Shown here: one piece after another, positions 38,716 to 53,889 of the stretch
How the letters are laid out: every line of letters begins with the position of its first letter
How positions within the stretch are numbered: the first letter of the stretch is position 1
Source: Nageia nagi
Taxonomy: Eukaryota; Plantae; Pinophyta
Assembly (NCBI GenBank): GCA_050084985.1
Contig: JBITNC010000001.1
Span: forward strand, 82,956,001 to 83,020,000
DNA: 64,000 nucleotides
Direction: 5' to 3'
The notes under the pieces: generated by a model
The model's input: the letters and a program-made list of their open reading frames with translations, nothing else
The model's database searches: none
Told to the model about the DNA's origin: nothing
Translations under genes and position numbers: made by a program

Positions 38716-41700
38716 GATGCCACCTCATCTTAATTCATAACGACTGATGACTCTAAGAGACAAAAGTCCGTTTTGGTGCTCTTTAGATGAATTTATGTAG
38801 CGTTTAATGAACTGATTTTATAATTTGAAACCCATTTGATAGTCATTGCAGGCGAGTTCAGGTTTGATCATCTTGAATGTCGACGCAAATTTTCCGAGTA
38901 GCGTCAATCTCCTTTGTTAACTGCTTTCTGTCTCCTATTCAACATAATTATACATTGCAGGAACTGTATTAGGGCTTATGGGAGGATGAAGTAATGCTTA
39001 CACAATATAGTATAGTAAGCTAATAACTAATTTTTAAAAAAATTTATAAAGAAATAGAAAATAAAAATGTTATAATTCCTATTTGTGTTTAATTTGGTTT
39101 TAAAAAAATAAAATTAATTAGAGTTAAAGCATCTTATAGTTAAATTTGAATTTTTATTATTTATATCTTCATTATTGATTATTTAAATATTATTTAGATA
39201 TTTGATATAATATTATATAATTAGTATTAATAAAAATATAATAAATTATAAAATTGTAAATGAAAATCAAAATAATATTTAGATATTTTGGTTCATTTAA
39301 TACTTATAGAAGTTATTCAATATTCATTTATATTTTTCAATAAATTTTATTCATTAAATGTTATAGCTATAATTAAGTATATTTGTGTTAATTTTTTTCT
39401 TTTCTTTTATATTTATTATCTTTTCTATACTTTTAATATAGTATTTGGTGGTCTTTGGATATCAAAGATATCTTATTTTAATTATATGGTACTACTAGTT
39501 CAAGATTAATCATGAACTTAAAATAAATAAAATTGTAAGATCAAATGAAAGTTTGAAGGAGTAATCATTGTTATATGCCATTCCAAGGTCATGCATTATC
39601 ATATACAAAGGAGGTTGAATTTATAGGTATTGGGTATTGTATATGGTTATATATATATGCACATATGATCAACATGAAGTGTTAGATTTAACAACAAAGT
39701 GGTATATTTATTACGAGTTAGGATATTTATGATTTAGATACCTTAGTAATTATGCTTTGATATTTTTTGTTTTATTTTTTCATTAATGAAGTTTATTTCC
39801 CTATGCCATAATTATACTCATATTATTAAAGATCTATTGGGTAAATAAAGAGTTTAATTTTTATTTAAATAAAATCTCTAGATCCTATTTTTAAAATCAA
39901 TAATCCCTTTTCAAGATCTTTTGGAGGAATTTTATCCTTTTTAATTATTATTTTTTAATTATATGGTAAAGGTAAAGAATATTAACATCTACAAGAGACC
40001 AACCGGTCTATGGGACGAACAATTGTAATAGGCTATTACACAACATGTATGTCTCATAGTGAGAATCAAACACGAGATGCAAATCATAACAAGATCAACA
40101 CATGAATAACTCAACCAATAATCAAGACATACATAATAATCATTTCCCTAGGGCTAATCCTTCTTCATTGATAGCATGTAAATATATGCCATAGTATAAG
40201 CTTTCCTTTGAATGATAATATTCTAATAATCATGCAAGATAAAGTTACTTAAACTATGTAATACAAGCACACACATAGAAAGATAAAGAAATTTTCCTAT
40301 GGATCCTTCTCCATTGATAACATCATAAATTTATCCTAATGATAATGGTCAAATAATTAAAATATTTAAAACAAGCATGATAAATTCATAGCCATGATAA
40401 CATTTTTTTAATGCAAAGCATGTGAAAATGGATTTATATTTATAATGAATAATAGAAAAATATATCATATTAAATACACTTCAAAGATTCTATTATAGAA
40501 CACACATCTCTTGCATAATCTCTCTCTATAAACAAATCATTAAGTAAAAAGTTTTCCTTTTCTAAACATAAATATGTTGAAGTTAAAAGAACATTAATAT
40601 AGAGAAAGAATACATAACCTTTTATGTAAAAAGTAATTTTCCTCCATATTACTTACATAAACTATTATAACTAAAATAATAATAATTAGGGTTATTTATA
40701 GAATATTCAATTTAACCAATTAATAATGAAATAATAGAAAATCGATGATATAAAAGATGATAATGACCTAATTGACCTTAGCCTATAAAACTAGAGTTAC
40801 TAAAGATACAAACTTGTACTTTACCTGTGATGATGAATGAAGATGATATCTAATTGAAAAGGGATAAACAATGAGCATATTTGAAGAATGGAGCTATGAA
40901 TCCAACCTCAACCCAACACTGATGCTAAGAACCCAATGGTGCTGCCCGATTACTATTCTAGAATACCACACCCTTTTGCTCGATATCATTGTATCACCTC
41001 TATGCACAAGATATCACTCATGAATAAATGAAATATTACAAGAATGTAGAGCTCAAAGTATAACAAAAGCCAAAAGTGATAAGTTACATTAAAAAATATA
41101 GATCAAGAATGATACAAGTATATTACCACCTATCAAGGATTTAGGATTATGTCATGTCACGTCATACCTTTGATCATTCACAACCCTTCCACTTTTATAG
41201 GTAATAGGTCTAGTACTAAGCCTTCTCCTTAGGCTTATTGTGAGCTCAAGATGATATGTTATCATAAAACATAAAGGTAGATGAGAGTGAACATTGATAA
41301 GAGGATTTATTTAATAAATTAAATAAATTATTTTGAATACCTAAAAGGGTATTTTAATTAAATTAAAATTCTTTTTAGGTGTTAATAGATGCCCCACTTT
41401 GAATATGGTTTAATTCTTTTAGGATAAAATATAATCAAAGCATAAATACAAAGTATAACAAGAAAATAAAGAAAGTACTCCTTGAAAAGTTGTCTCACAG
41501 TGGCAACTTTGAATACCCCAATTTTTTGTTTATATTATACCCCCTATTTGACTTGGTTTCAACATAATGGATCTCTCATCATAGGAGCAATCCAAGGCAA
41601 AGATAAAGGGACCTAAAAAGATCTTAAATAAAAAATATTTTTACATAATATATCTCAAATATAGATATTAAACATCATGATATAGAAAGTATGCAAGTGA

Positions 41701-44513
41701 TAAGAAATCAAACCTATACTTAGTGACCTACCCACCAAGAGCATGAAGATAGATTTCCAATTTAAGTGATTAGTTTGGTTTTCCAAGCCACAATGTTGCT
41801 ATGGATTTTTGATAAGAATGATCCTTCCTTAAAAAATATGCCAAATGAATAAAATGATCCTTCCTTACAAAGGCATTAAATGATAAGACCAATAATATGA
41901 TATGAAAATCATTTTTAACATATAATATGATTTTATATGATAAACATCATTTATGATAAGCATATAATATGATATGAATACAACATTTTAAATCAATTAA
42001 TCATGATAAGCATGATAAGATAAACATTTTATTAAAAGCATGATATGAGAAAACATTTTAGGAAAAATGTTATATGAATTTAACACTTAATCCATGAAGC
42101 TGAGATTTTTTCATTACATTTTTGCAAGTTTAGCTAAAATGAATAGAAAAGAAACTCATAATGTGAAAATGATGGAATATTCATAATGCATATATAAACA
42201 TTAAACATATTTCCCTAATTAAGAGGACTTACTTTTACCACATTTATTTATATCATTCATTTCTTCAATAACCAAAGAATAAGGAATAACCAAATATTAC
42301 TTGTAGTTACCTATTGAAAGTCATCATAATTTTACAAAACAATGTCATTCTACCTTGAGGGAATAAAGAATCATCACTAGGAATGAAGTGGTTCCACTCA
42401 CATCACCACAAAGAAAATTACTTGCATTTATTATAAAATAATAAAATTTTTCACATACATATATATCTCATATAAAAAAATGTTAGCTCATCATATCATA
42501 GGATTACCACATAACTAGTAAAGCATAAGAATAAATTTAGAAGGATCATCATAAAAGAGAATCATCATGGTACTTATTGCCTCAAGTGCCCAAAGGATGA
42601 GAATCATCTAGTACTTATTGCCCCAAGTACCCAAGGGAAGGATAATCAAATTAATTACAAAGATCAAGTTGGAGAATAATACTTGAATTTACCTTTGGAT
42701 TGGGGGACCTTTTGCACCCAAGAATTAGAGAAGAGTATTAATATACTTGAATAGAAGAGTGATAGGATTACTCTTTTACATACAATCTAAACTTGCCATA
42801 GTAATCTCTGCAAAATTATCTTTACCTTTTTTTGCACACTATATTATTTTCTTGTTATTGTTTATTCATCTTTTATATTCATCTTACACTTTAACTTCTT
42901 AGGAAATTTTAAAAATGCTACAACTGATTCTAGTAATATCGACTCATTTTTTTCATTTATCTCCATATATCTAACCTTTTGAACATTTTTTATTTCATAA
43001 TTGACTTCATTTTGGAGTGACATTGTTGGGTTTTGTCCTCTTTCAAGCAACTTTGCTCAATTTAATTCAAAAAAAATAGACTATATGGATTTTGTCAACA
43101 ACATGGGAATTATATCATGAAATAAGTCATCAAATAGTTTTAAAATATTTTCAAAATTTAGGGATTTTTAATATGATATTTTTCTATAAAAATTTCTCTA
43201 TATTTTCCAAAATATGAAATTCTAAGGCTTGAAAAGGTACCAAAATTTCCCACTTATATTTATTTATGGTTTGGAAACAATTTTGCAATACTATATCTCA
43301 CAAAAATGACCAAAATGAGCTTCAAAATTAAGGATTTTCTTCAAAAATGAAATTCACCAAAAATAATTTTTTTTCAAATCCAACAATTTTTAGATAATAA
43401 AAAATTAAAAAATTATCACAATCAAAGAGAAAATAAAAACTAAAGTTTTCAATGCAAGACTTCATAGAAAACTCGATACCCTAAAAAAAAAATTTCTAGG
43501 ATTTGCAAGATATTTCAAGTTCACCAATAATTATAACTAAAATAATAATAATTAGGGTTTTTATAGAATATTCAATTTAACCTATTTACTATGAAATAAT
43601 AGAAAATTGATGATATGAAAGATGATAATGAACTAATTGACCTTGACCTATCAAACTAGATTTACAAAAGATACAAACTTTTACTTTACCTATGATGACA
43701 AAAGAAGATGATATTAGATCAAAAGAGGATGAATGATGAGCTCCTTTGGACAACAAAGCCATGAATCTAATAACCCAACATTGATGCTAGGAACCCAATG
43801 GTACCACTCAATTACGATTCCTATAGAAACTTAAAAATTAATTCTTATTAATAATTTATTTTTATAGCATAAAGAGATATTTTTTGTAAATAAGGGGGTT
43901 AAAATATACCCAAGATATTGTATTTAATATAATAGGATCACAAAAAAATGTCAGTGGTATCAAATGCCCATAAAGATACCATTGATTATGTAATTATGAT
44001 GATACCAAGATATGGAGAAGATCCAAATGTGGCTATAAAATAATATCAAAGACAAAAATTGACATATGAGTAGATCATCACCAATGGGATAAGATACTCC
44101 ATGCCTATCATACTTTTGAATAATAAAGGTATTTTGTAACACCACCTATTGGTTTTTATGTTATTATCCCTTCATTGTATTTCTTTTATTATTTTCTACT
44201 TATCTAATTCTTAGTGATTTGCATCATCATTAACATGCTAGAGTAAAGGACATCAATGTCATTCATATGATGATTATTCTTTAAACAATTATATGTAGGT
44301 GCAATACATGATACAAACTATTAGATCTAATAAGGTATATTATTTTACTATTACGATAACTAGTATATTTCAAGTGCATACTACAATATTTAGATTATAG
44401 AGAAATAGTATCTTATTTATTGCATTATGCATTATTTCCTATCTAAATTTTGGTGAACCTACTATTTTGATTGATCTTCATCCTCTTAGCTAAGATCTAG
44501 GAAAAAATTTGAT

Positions 44514-47500
44514 ATGGATCAAGCTTCATCCATGTCATGCTTATCTGAGTGTGAGGCATCAATACCGTAATGGATCAAGATTTACCTAATATGATATTGA
44601 ACCTAACTAAGGTGATCATAACCTTGACTCAAAATTCAGCTTAATTTATTCTAAATCTATAGGAAATAATAACCAATAATCAAAAGGTTACACCTAAATT
44701 ATAAAATTGGAAAAAAGTAGATCTCAGAATAGTAATGAAGACTATGATGGTGTGTTCACTACATCCTTATTAACATATATCCATATTTATCCCTTACCAC
44801 AATATATGAAGGAACCCAAATTTGAGATGTTCAATGGTGAGCAAGACCCAAAGCATCATCTTATTGGATTTTAGGAGGAGTGCTTGTTGAAATTAAGATT
44901 TGAGAAGAAATTGATGATGAAATTCTTCCCAATAAGTTTGAAAGGTGAAACTAGTCAATGGTTCTATAATCTACTTGAAGGATCTATTGATTCATTCCAA
45001 TCATTGGTAAAAACATTTATGAATCAGTACAAGCATAATGTTAAAGGATAAAGTACAATTACAGAGTTGTGTGTAGTGCACCAAGGAAATTATCAAATGT
45101 TAGAGAAGTATATCCCAAGGCTTAAAAAGGTATAGCAAACCATTCATATTCATTTGGATGAAAGAGAAATTCATGGTATTTTTTCTAAATCTTTGCTTTT
45201 AGTTCTAAAGCAACATGCTCTTGATTATACTAAATTAGGTTTTGAAGTCATGACTAGAAAAGCAATTTTGAAAGAAAAGGTATTGATTGAATTATGAACA
45301 CTAAAATAGGCAAGTACATTATGGAATAAAGAAAATAAAAAATTATATATGAAAAAAGAAGAAAAGAATGTTAATATGGATGATAAATTGACTCTTACAT
45401 GATCTAATACAACAAGGAGCTACACATTTACCTTCTTGATTCCTCCCAACCTTATTTTATAGGAATTGATTAAGAAAGGCTTATTAAGGCCATTGGAAAG
45501 AATAGAAAAAGATGAAAATATCTTTATGGAGAACTTATATTCTTATTATTCATATCATCAAATAAAAGGATATGTAATGAATAGCTATAAAACCCTTGAA
45601 GATTATATACTAGATCTGATTGCTCTAGGAAAATATGAAAGCAATGAAAATATTCCAAATTCATATCATACCGTGAATGCCATAATAGTGGCTAAGGAGA
45701 TTTTTGTTTCATTTAGAAGAGGATATCCAATATCCAATCCACCTACACAACAAAATTAAAACTAGGATAAAAATGAACATGTAAGTCTCCCACTAAATCC
45801 AAGAGCTTATAGCATGATTGAATAGTTAAAAATCACTCCTACTTAGCTTGTTTGATTTCATTAGTACATATAAGATATGTAGAGAATTATTATATAATTT
45901 TTTCAAAAAAGGAATGATTCCTAACAATATTTTTACTACTATGTTTTCTAAAAACCTTTAGTCCATTAAAGATTATGATGATATCTCATTCTTTAGATTT
46001 GAAAAACTTGGCAAGGAACTAATAGCTAAATGCTTAGCACTTTTTATTACCCTTATGATACATGATTTAGAAATTAAAAATAGCATTGATAGATCTTAGT
46101 TCAACTATTAATGTTTGTTCCCAAAAATTCTTGCAACAATTAAAAAGTAATGATGTAACTATCCCACCCCTAAAAGAGCCAACTTTTAGAATAAGGGCAT
46201 ATGATAATTCAACTAAAAAACCATTTGGTTTAGTTACACTTGAGATCACATTAGGTGTTAGGAGTATCAAAATAAGTTTTCATGTTATGAATAAAAAGGT
46301 TTCATATAACCTTCTCTTAGGAAGACCTTGGTTACGTGATATGGATGTAGTACCTTCTACACTTCATGGTTGTTTAAAATTTGAGTATGAAGGAAAAATA
46401 CATATAGTAATAAAGGATCTAGAACCATATGCATTATGTAATCTAGCAGATCTCTATATTGAAGGATTGGGTTTACATTTTCCTAAGTTTCAAATAGTTC
46501 CATTAGAGGTAGAGTCAATATTGATAAAAGTAGAAAAAGAGGTAAAGGTTGTAGAATCAAGCATGCAAATGTATAAAATTGAGAATTTTGATCCATTAGC
46601 TTCTATAAAAGACTTGGTTTGTCTAAAAATTATAAGTGAATCAGGGTGTGCATGCCATGTTGAAGGTGATATAGGTCACATATGCTATGAAAATGAAGGA
46701 AAAGTGGGTGGTTCTTATTCAACATCATCTTTATCTCCAAACCCTATTCAATAAAATGATAAAATGGAAAATAAGAATGCATGCAATTATTTTTCATTTT
46801 CCTTTTTACATAAATACATGGTTGAAAATTGTAAATATAAAGGGGAAGGATTAGGAAAATCAGAATAAGGAATGCCTTCTTTTCCTATTAATTTAGGAGC
46901 TCAAAAAGAGAAGAAGTAATTAGGTAGTGATTATAATATAAAATAAACTACAAGGCCTATTAATTTTATTTTAGAATGCAATATGATAGAATTATATGAT
47001 GAAATTAATAATAAAAAAATAGATAGATGATACTATACCACTTGAGTTTGATTGCTTTACTAATGATAACATATTAGAATACATGGGGGCACATTCAGAA
47101 TTTCCCAAATTAAATTCAAAAAGATAATCAAATGATTTCTTTAGTCAATATGGATATTTTGGATAAGAGATAGATTTTAATGAATTGTTTTAGGTACAAC
47201 AAGCTAATGAAGATGATATTAATAGATAAGAAATACTAGGATTGGAAGAGTTACCTTCATTATTGCAAAGAAAAGATGAATCTACATTTATTTATAGAAG
47301 AGTTGGCAAAGGTTAACATTGTTACAAGTGATAAATACAAGTCAATAAAAATTGGAGCTACTCTTTCAATACCATCCCAAGAAAGGTACTAAAATAAGTT
47401 CATTGAATGTAATAATTTTTTTTGCTTAGTCTTACACTAATATGCTTGGTTTAGAAACATCTTTTTTCATACATAGATTACCATTTAAAAAGATAAAAAA

Positions 47501-50500
47501 TTTGTCAAGAAAAAGTCAAAGAATATGCACCCCATCAAAAGCTTTGTTAGTTAAAAAATAAATTAAAAAATATTTAAATATTGGTTTTATTAGGCCTATA
47601 GATTATTCATAATGGATGGCTAATATTGTTCTTATTGCTAAATGAACTAGAGAGATAAGGATTTGTACTAACTTTAGAGATATCAATAGTGCATGCCCAA
47701 AAGATGATTTTCCTTTACCAAATATTGATATGATTATGGGTAGCATTACTAGCCATGACACGTTATCTTTTATGGATGGTTTCTCTAGTTACAATCAAAT
47801 TTTAATTAATCTAGCTGATCAATATAAAATGACCTTTATGACATAATGGGAAAATATTTGTTAGAAAGTTATACAATTTGAACTAAAAATGCAGATGGAA
47901 CTTATCAACATGTAATGGTTACTATCTTTCATGAACAAATTCATAAATCTATAGAAGTTTATGTTGATGATATATTGGTAAATTATAAATAAGGATAAGA
48001 TCATATAAAACCCCTTGAAGAGGTATTTTACATCCTAAATAAATATAAGCTTATATTATAATCATAAAAAGTATGCCTTTTGTGTTACTTCAAGAAAGGT
48101 ATTAGGGTTTGTGGTGTCTAGAAGAGGTATTAAGGTGGATCCAAAGAAGGTAAATGCAATTGTAAGTATGAAACCTCCCAAAACTTTGATGCAATTAAGG
48201 AGCTTGCAAGGTAAGATAAATTTGGTAAGGAGATTTATTTCATAGCTTGGTAATAAATGTTTACCTTTTACTCATTTGTTGAAAAAAGATATCAAGTTTA
48301 TATGGGAGGATAAATGCCAAAAAGCATTTGAGGATATAATGTAATATTTACTTAATCCTTCTATTTTAGTACCCATGGATTTCAACAAGGAAGCATATCT
48401 CTATATCTTAGCCAAAATGGTTGCCTTGGGTGTAATGTTATGTTAGCAAGATGATGCAAAGAAATAAAGAGTAAAATATTACCTTAGTAAAATTTTCATA
48501 GACTATGAAATAAGGTACACTCCTATGGAAAAACTCTATTTTACTAGAGTTTTTTCAATAGAAAAGTTAACACATTATCTATTATATTGTACTACATATG
48601 TTGTTAGTCTAGTAAATCCATTGAAATATCTTATAACTAAACAACATTTATCAAGAAGATTAGCCAAATGGTTAATATTGTTACAAGAATTTGATATCAA
48701 TGTAGTAAAGAAAAAGTCAATGAAGGGTCAATCAATAATATATTTTATGGTAGAGTTTCCTCAAAATGATGGGGTAGTGGTACATGAAGAGTTCCTATAT
48801 GATTATGATTAGTATGTGCCTCCATTACAATGTGAACGATGTGATGGTGCATGTACATGTCATTATGGCAATCAATGGAAGATCCCTAATGAATTTTTTT
48901 ATTACACAAAGGATGGAATAAATATTTAGATGTTATATTTTGATGGTTCAAAATGTACACACAGGGCAAGAGTAGGTATTGTACTGGTATCTCCAACCAA
49001 TGATGTAATTTCAATGGCATAAACTTGGGTTTGAGTGTACAAATAATATGATATATTATGAACTATTACTATTGGGATTAAGGGAAGATACAATGTTAAA
49101 AATAATATAATTAAAAATATATGGGCATTTAAAGCTTATAGTCAATCATGTTAAGGATTTCTATAATACAAATGATGAAAATATTAAACCATATAAAGAG
49201 GTAGTTGCTGATATCTTAAATCATTTTGACAAGTATACAATTAAAACTATTCCAAGGATAAATAATAGATATGCCAATGTAATGGCACTATTGCTACTTT
49301 AATATTTATTCATATAGATTGTGAAGAAATAATTCTTAAAACCAATAAATTAGGACAACCATATTGTTCATATAAAATAGTATAGGTGGAGGTTTATTAT
49401 GTTTCATAGGAAGGGATTACTCCAAAATGGTAAGAGGATGTTTATAATTATCTCAAAGATTAGATTATTTTAGAGAAATTTGACAAAAATGAAAAAGTAA
49501 AGTTAAAAAGGACAATGCTTAAGTGTGTCCTTATTAAAGATATATTTTATAGAATATCATTTGATGGAGCTCTCTTAATATGCCTATCACATCATGAAAT
49601 AGAAGTAGCACTATAGCAGGGACACAAAGGTATATGTAGGGGGCATTTTTATGCAAAGGAATTATATAAAAAACTTCTATTAATAGGGTATTATTAGCCT
49701 ATAATGAAACAATATTGCAAGGGTCATGTTAATACTTTCTTAGAATGCTAAAAACATGTAAATATTAAAAAATAGCCAATACAAGAGTTCCACTTAATAC
49801 TGTCACCATGGCCATTTGTAATTTGGGGTATTAACTTAATAGGATATATAAATCAACATTCTAGAGATGGACACAAATTTATCATCACATCAATTTAATA
49901 TATGATAAAATGGGTAGAGACAATACCAATGGAGTCATTAACACAATAAAATATTATAAAGTTCTTGATTGAGAAAATTATAACACAATTTGTTGTCCCA
50001 CGACAACTAATTATGGATAATGGGTCAAAATTTAAAGGAAAAGATATGAAAGCTTTTTACAAAAAGTTTCATATTGATAGAAAGTTTTGTTTAGTTTATT
50101 ACTCATAAGGAAATGGACAAGCAAAGGTATCAAATAAAATAATTAAGAGTATATTTTCAAAGACATGGAAAAGATACAAAAAGATTGATATGAATAGTTA
50201 CCATATGCATTATGGGAATATAGAATAAGTGTTAAAAAAATTATAGGGGCAACTCCATTCTCATTAGTTTAAGATAATGAAGTAGTTGTACCATTAGAGC
50301 ATAAAATTACATCTTTAAGGATATGATTACAATGGGATATACAAGATGAGGATGCTCAAAAAGCAAGATTGCAATAGGTAGAAGCTCTTGATGAAAAAAA
50401 ATCATGCTATTGAACACCAAAAAGCATATCATGCAAGGCTAAAAAGGGCCTTCACCAAAAAGATTAATCCAAAGATGTTTCAAGTGGGAGAATTAGTACT

Positions 50501-50683
50501 AAAAGAAAACATCAACAAGATTGCTACAAATGATGAAGTAAAAGGAAAATTTAAACCAAATTGGTTGGGACCTTTTATTGTTGTGGAAGCTATAGGATCA
50601 AGTGAATACAAATTATCTTTGATGCATAGAAAAGAAGAACAAAAAACCTTCAATTATACCCATATTAAATAGTTTTATACATA
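44514..50683 (+). pseudogene. gag-pol: GAG-PR-G-patch-RT-RH-aRH-INT with many stops and frameshifts
   Basis: FNGEQDPKHH; ALIDLSSTINV..LLGRPW; YKGEGLGK G-patch; CPKDDFPLPNID, MDGFSSYNQI, YVDD; KWLILLQEFD; YFDGS..CTNN (aRH); H..C..H zinc motif, MDNG, GNGQA, PNWLGPF (INT). Confidence 0.93.
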
Positions 50684-50865
50684 AATAGCATGTGTTTGTA
50701 CCTCAAAATCAATGATGAATCTTAATGAGGTATGTGTATGTTATATTTCATTTCAATTTCAAGTTCTATTTTTCATTTTTAAATGATGTTGATGCCATAT
50801 TTTTGCTTGTTAATTACCAATTCCATAAATTTTATAAAGATAAAAATATAAAAAAATGACAAGTA

Positions 50866-51215
50866 CAATGTCTTCAAATCAAGGACATAAAATGCTTGAT
50901 CGTTGATGACCAATGATATGGTTAGTGAGAGTTCACTTACTTAAATATAAACTGGTGATGGAACCATAAGTAAGGATGTGGACATTGGTTCATATCAAAT
51001 GGATGACACACCTTATTATGTATTCAAAATAGTTATTCTTAAAACCTTAAAATCATAATGTCTTTAGATTAAGAATATAAAATTCTTGATTATCGATGAT
51101 CAATAATATGACTAGTGAGAGTTCACTCACTTAAACGTAAATCATTGATGCAAATGTAAGTGAAAATATTGATATTGTCTCATACTCAATGAATGATGTA
51201 TTTTAATGTGTATCC
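50866..51215. repeat. ~190-bp tandem repeat (about 2 units) after integrase
   Basis: TAGTGAGAGTTCACT at 50923 and 51113, the reverse complement of the B/C unit. Confidence 0.85.
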
Positions 51216-53889
51216 ATAAATGATAAAATATTTATAATAAGGTATTTTCTAATCTAGTTTTCATCTAGAAGTAAAAAACAAAATTCAAAAGATTCAAAGA
51301 TTCCATGTTGTGAGAGTAGATATGATATGTTATCAACACCATTTTTTATGCCTGAAAAGAGTTAGAATACTAAAATGATCCTCTTATGTATCCAAATATG
51401 GAAATTAATATATCAAAAATAATAAATAAAGAAGTAGTTCAAACCATACTAAAGTATAACAAGGGGCAAACTATTAAGTTATTTTGTCTTGGCTGCACTA
51501 TTAAAGAAGACTATTCTTGGGGTAACCAAACCAAAGGGGAAGAGAAGAAGCCTAATTGAGAAGATCATATGGATAAGTAAAGAGTTCAAATTTCTCAAAA
51601 TATTTCTTATACTATTCTTCTTTGGATATGTAACTCAATGTATTTCATTACACCTCTAAATAAGGACAAAATGTAGACACTTAAAAATGAATTATTATTA
51701 ATAATTCATTTTTATAGCATCTAGATATATATGCTATAAATAAGGGGATTAAAATATACCAAATATGTTGTATTTAATGTAATAGGAATAGTAAATAATG
51801 TAAGTGCTATCAAATTCCCATAAAGGCACCATTGACTATGTAATGTATGATGATACCCAAATAAGGAGAAGATCCATATGTAGCTATAAAAGCATATCAA
51901 AGATAAAGATTGAGATATGAGTAGATGATCACCACCTAGAGTAAGGGAAATTGACATCATTCATATTATGATTATGATTTAAACAATTATGTGAAGGTGA
52001 AGTATATAATTCAAACTATCAGATTTGATAAGGTACATTAATTTACTATTACAATAACTGGTATATTTTGCATGCATACTACAGTATTTGGATTGTAAGG
52101 AAATAGTGCCTTGTTTATTGCATTGTATATTATTTACTATCTATAGTTACAAAATACCTTTTCCATTTTATTGATATCATTTTTCACCTTTTATGCACAA
52201 GATATCACTCATGAATGGATGAAAGCATGTAGGAATGCATAACTCATAGTATAACAAAAGTCAAAAATGATAGGTAGCATTAAAAAACACCAATCAAGAA
52301 TGACCCAAGTATATTTTCACCTATCAAGGATTAAATATTATATTATTTCATCTCATATATTTTATCATGCACAACCCCTCCACCTTTATAGGTAACAAGT
52401 CTAGTGCTAAGGATCCTCCTTAAGCTTATTATGATGTCGAACTGACTTGTTATCATAAAACATAAATGTAGATGAGAGTGCATATTGATAAGAGATTTTA
52501 TTTAATAAATTAAATAAATTATTTTGAATACCTAAAAGGGTATTTTAATTGAATTAAAATACCTTTTTAGGTGTTAACATAAACTTTCCCTTTTATTTAA
52601 CCCATAAACTTGTGCATCATAAATTTGTTGGACTTTTCTCATGGTATTTATCACCTCTTTTTTTATTTCATTTACAAGGATGAGAATATTATGTAATAAG
52701 TAATACTTAATTTATATTTTATCCCTTATATATCAAAATAATTTTATATAAATAATAATCATAGTGGTATTATATGTACTTAGCACATAAACTTAAATGT
52801 CATATTCAAATAACTAATATCAAGTGAAGGTTGAAAGAATCAAATTCCATAATCAATTGAATAGATTTTTCATATTTATTTTCTTTTTCAACCATTATAT
52901 AATATATTCATCATAAATAATTAATTATACTTTATCTTTAAATTTAATACTTGTAGATTTTATTTCCCTAAATAATAGTCTGGATGTAATACCATCAACT
53001 TAGAATGTTATATTTAGACATTGAGTCATTAATGATGATATGCAAAGATAATAGTATTGCTACATAGATAAATAGGAGAAAATATCATAAGGTTTGTAAA
53101 TGTTTAGTTTATTAAAATGTTTAAATGTTATAATATTTCTCAAATAATTCCTATACTTGTAACATTTAGAATTTTTTTTATAAATGCTTATTTTGGCAAT
53201 ATTATAATGCTACAATTTAAATTTTTGCAAATTGATATATTCAAAAGAAAATGCATGTATTAAACCAAAAATCTTACAAAAGATCTCAAAATACCTCACA
53301 ATGTATGGTATTTCTTTTTTAATTCCATGCTACAAATCATCCACCAATATACATGGAAATACACTCATATATAGGAAAAATACCTTTCAAATATAACTTC
53401 TTTTAGGTGTTATTTCAATCATTCATCTATAACAAATTAATTTTTACTAATAATATATTCCTTTCAAGAAAGTGCTTTTTGAAAACAAAATGAGTCTAAA
53501 ATCTTCCTTAAATCCTTATTATCTTCTATTAATATTGTTCAAAGGCACCATACTAGCATGTCCTTATCCTGCATTTTCCATAATGCACCTCCATGCAATC
53601 GACTAGGAAGGCATTCAACTACTATCAATTTCATCTAATTTACTTGTAATTTATCTCCATTCCCACATTTTTCATCATATAAAATTAAGGAAGATCCTAT
53701 CCTCTAGCCAAATTCCCATATATATTTTTGACATATATCAAAAATAATAGTAGGCATATATCAGTTCCACCACTGCTACCTTCGCCCGATTGCATCGCTT
53801 AACTTTTGATATATTTGGGCCTATATAAAAACTAATATGATAGGAATATGTTTAAGTATGCAACTCAATTACCTTCCAATGATACTACT

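Larger units (their letters stand above)
43822..52145 (+). mobile_element. Full-length decayed Ogre/Tat Ty3 element E (LTRs 43822-44447 and 51672-52145)
   Basis: PBS TGGTGAACC at 44451, PPT before 51672, complete gag-pol domain series, inserted in the LTR of F. Confidence 0.92.
40663..52579 (-). mobile_element. Non-autonomous LTR element F (3' LTR 40663-41387; 5' LTR ~43528-52579 split by element E)
   Basis: Perfect TSD TAAAC (40658-40662 / 52580-52584); PPT complement GCCCCACTTT at ~41391; PBS GTTCACCA 43519-43526; 2.1-kb internal region without gag or pol. Confidence 0.88.

Noticed and set aside
39540-39720. Possible hAT dimerisation-domain remnant
   Set aside because: No convincing WW/ERxFS motif, TIR or TSD.
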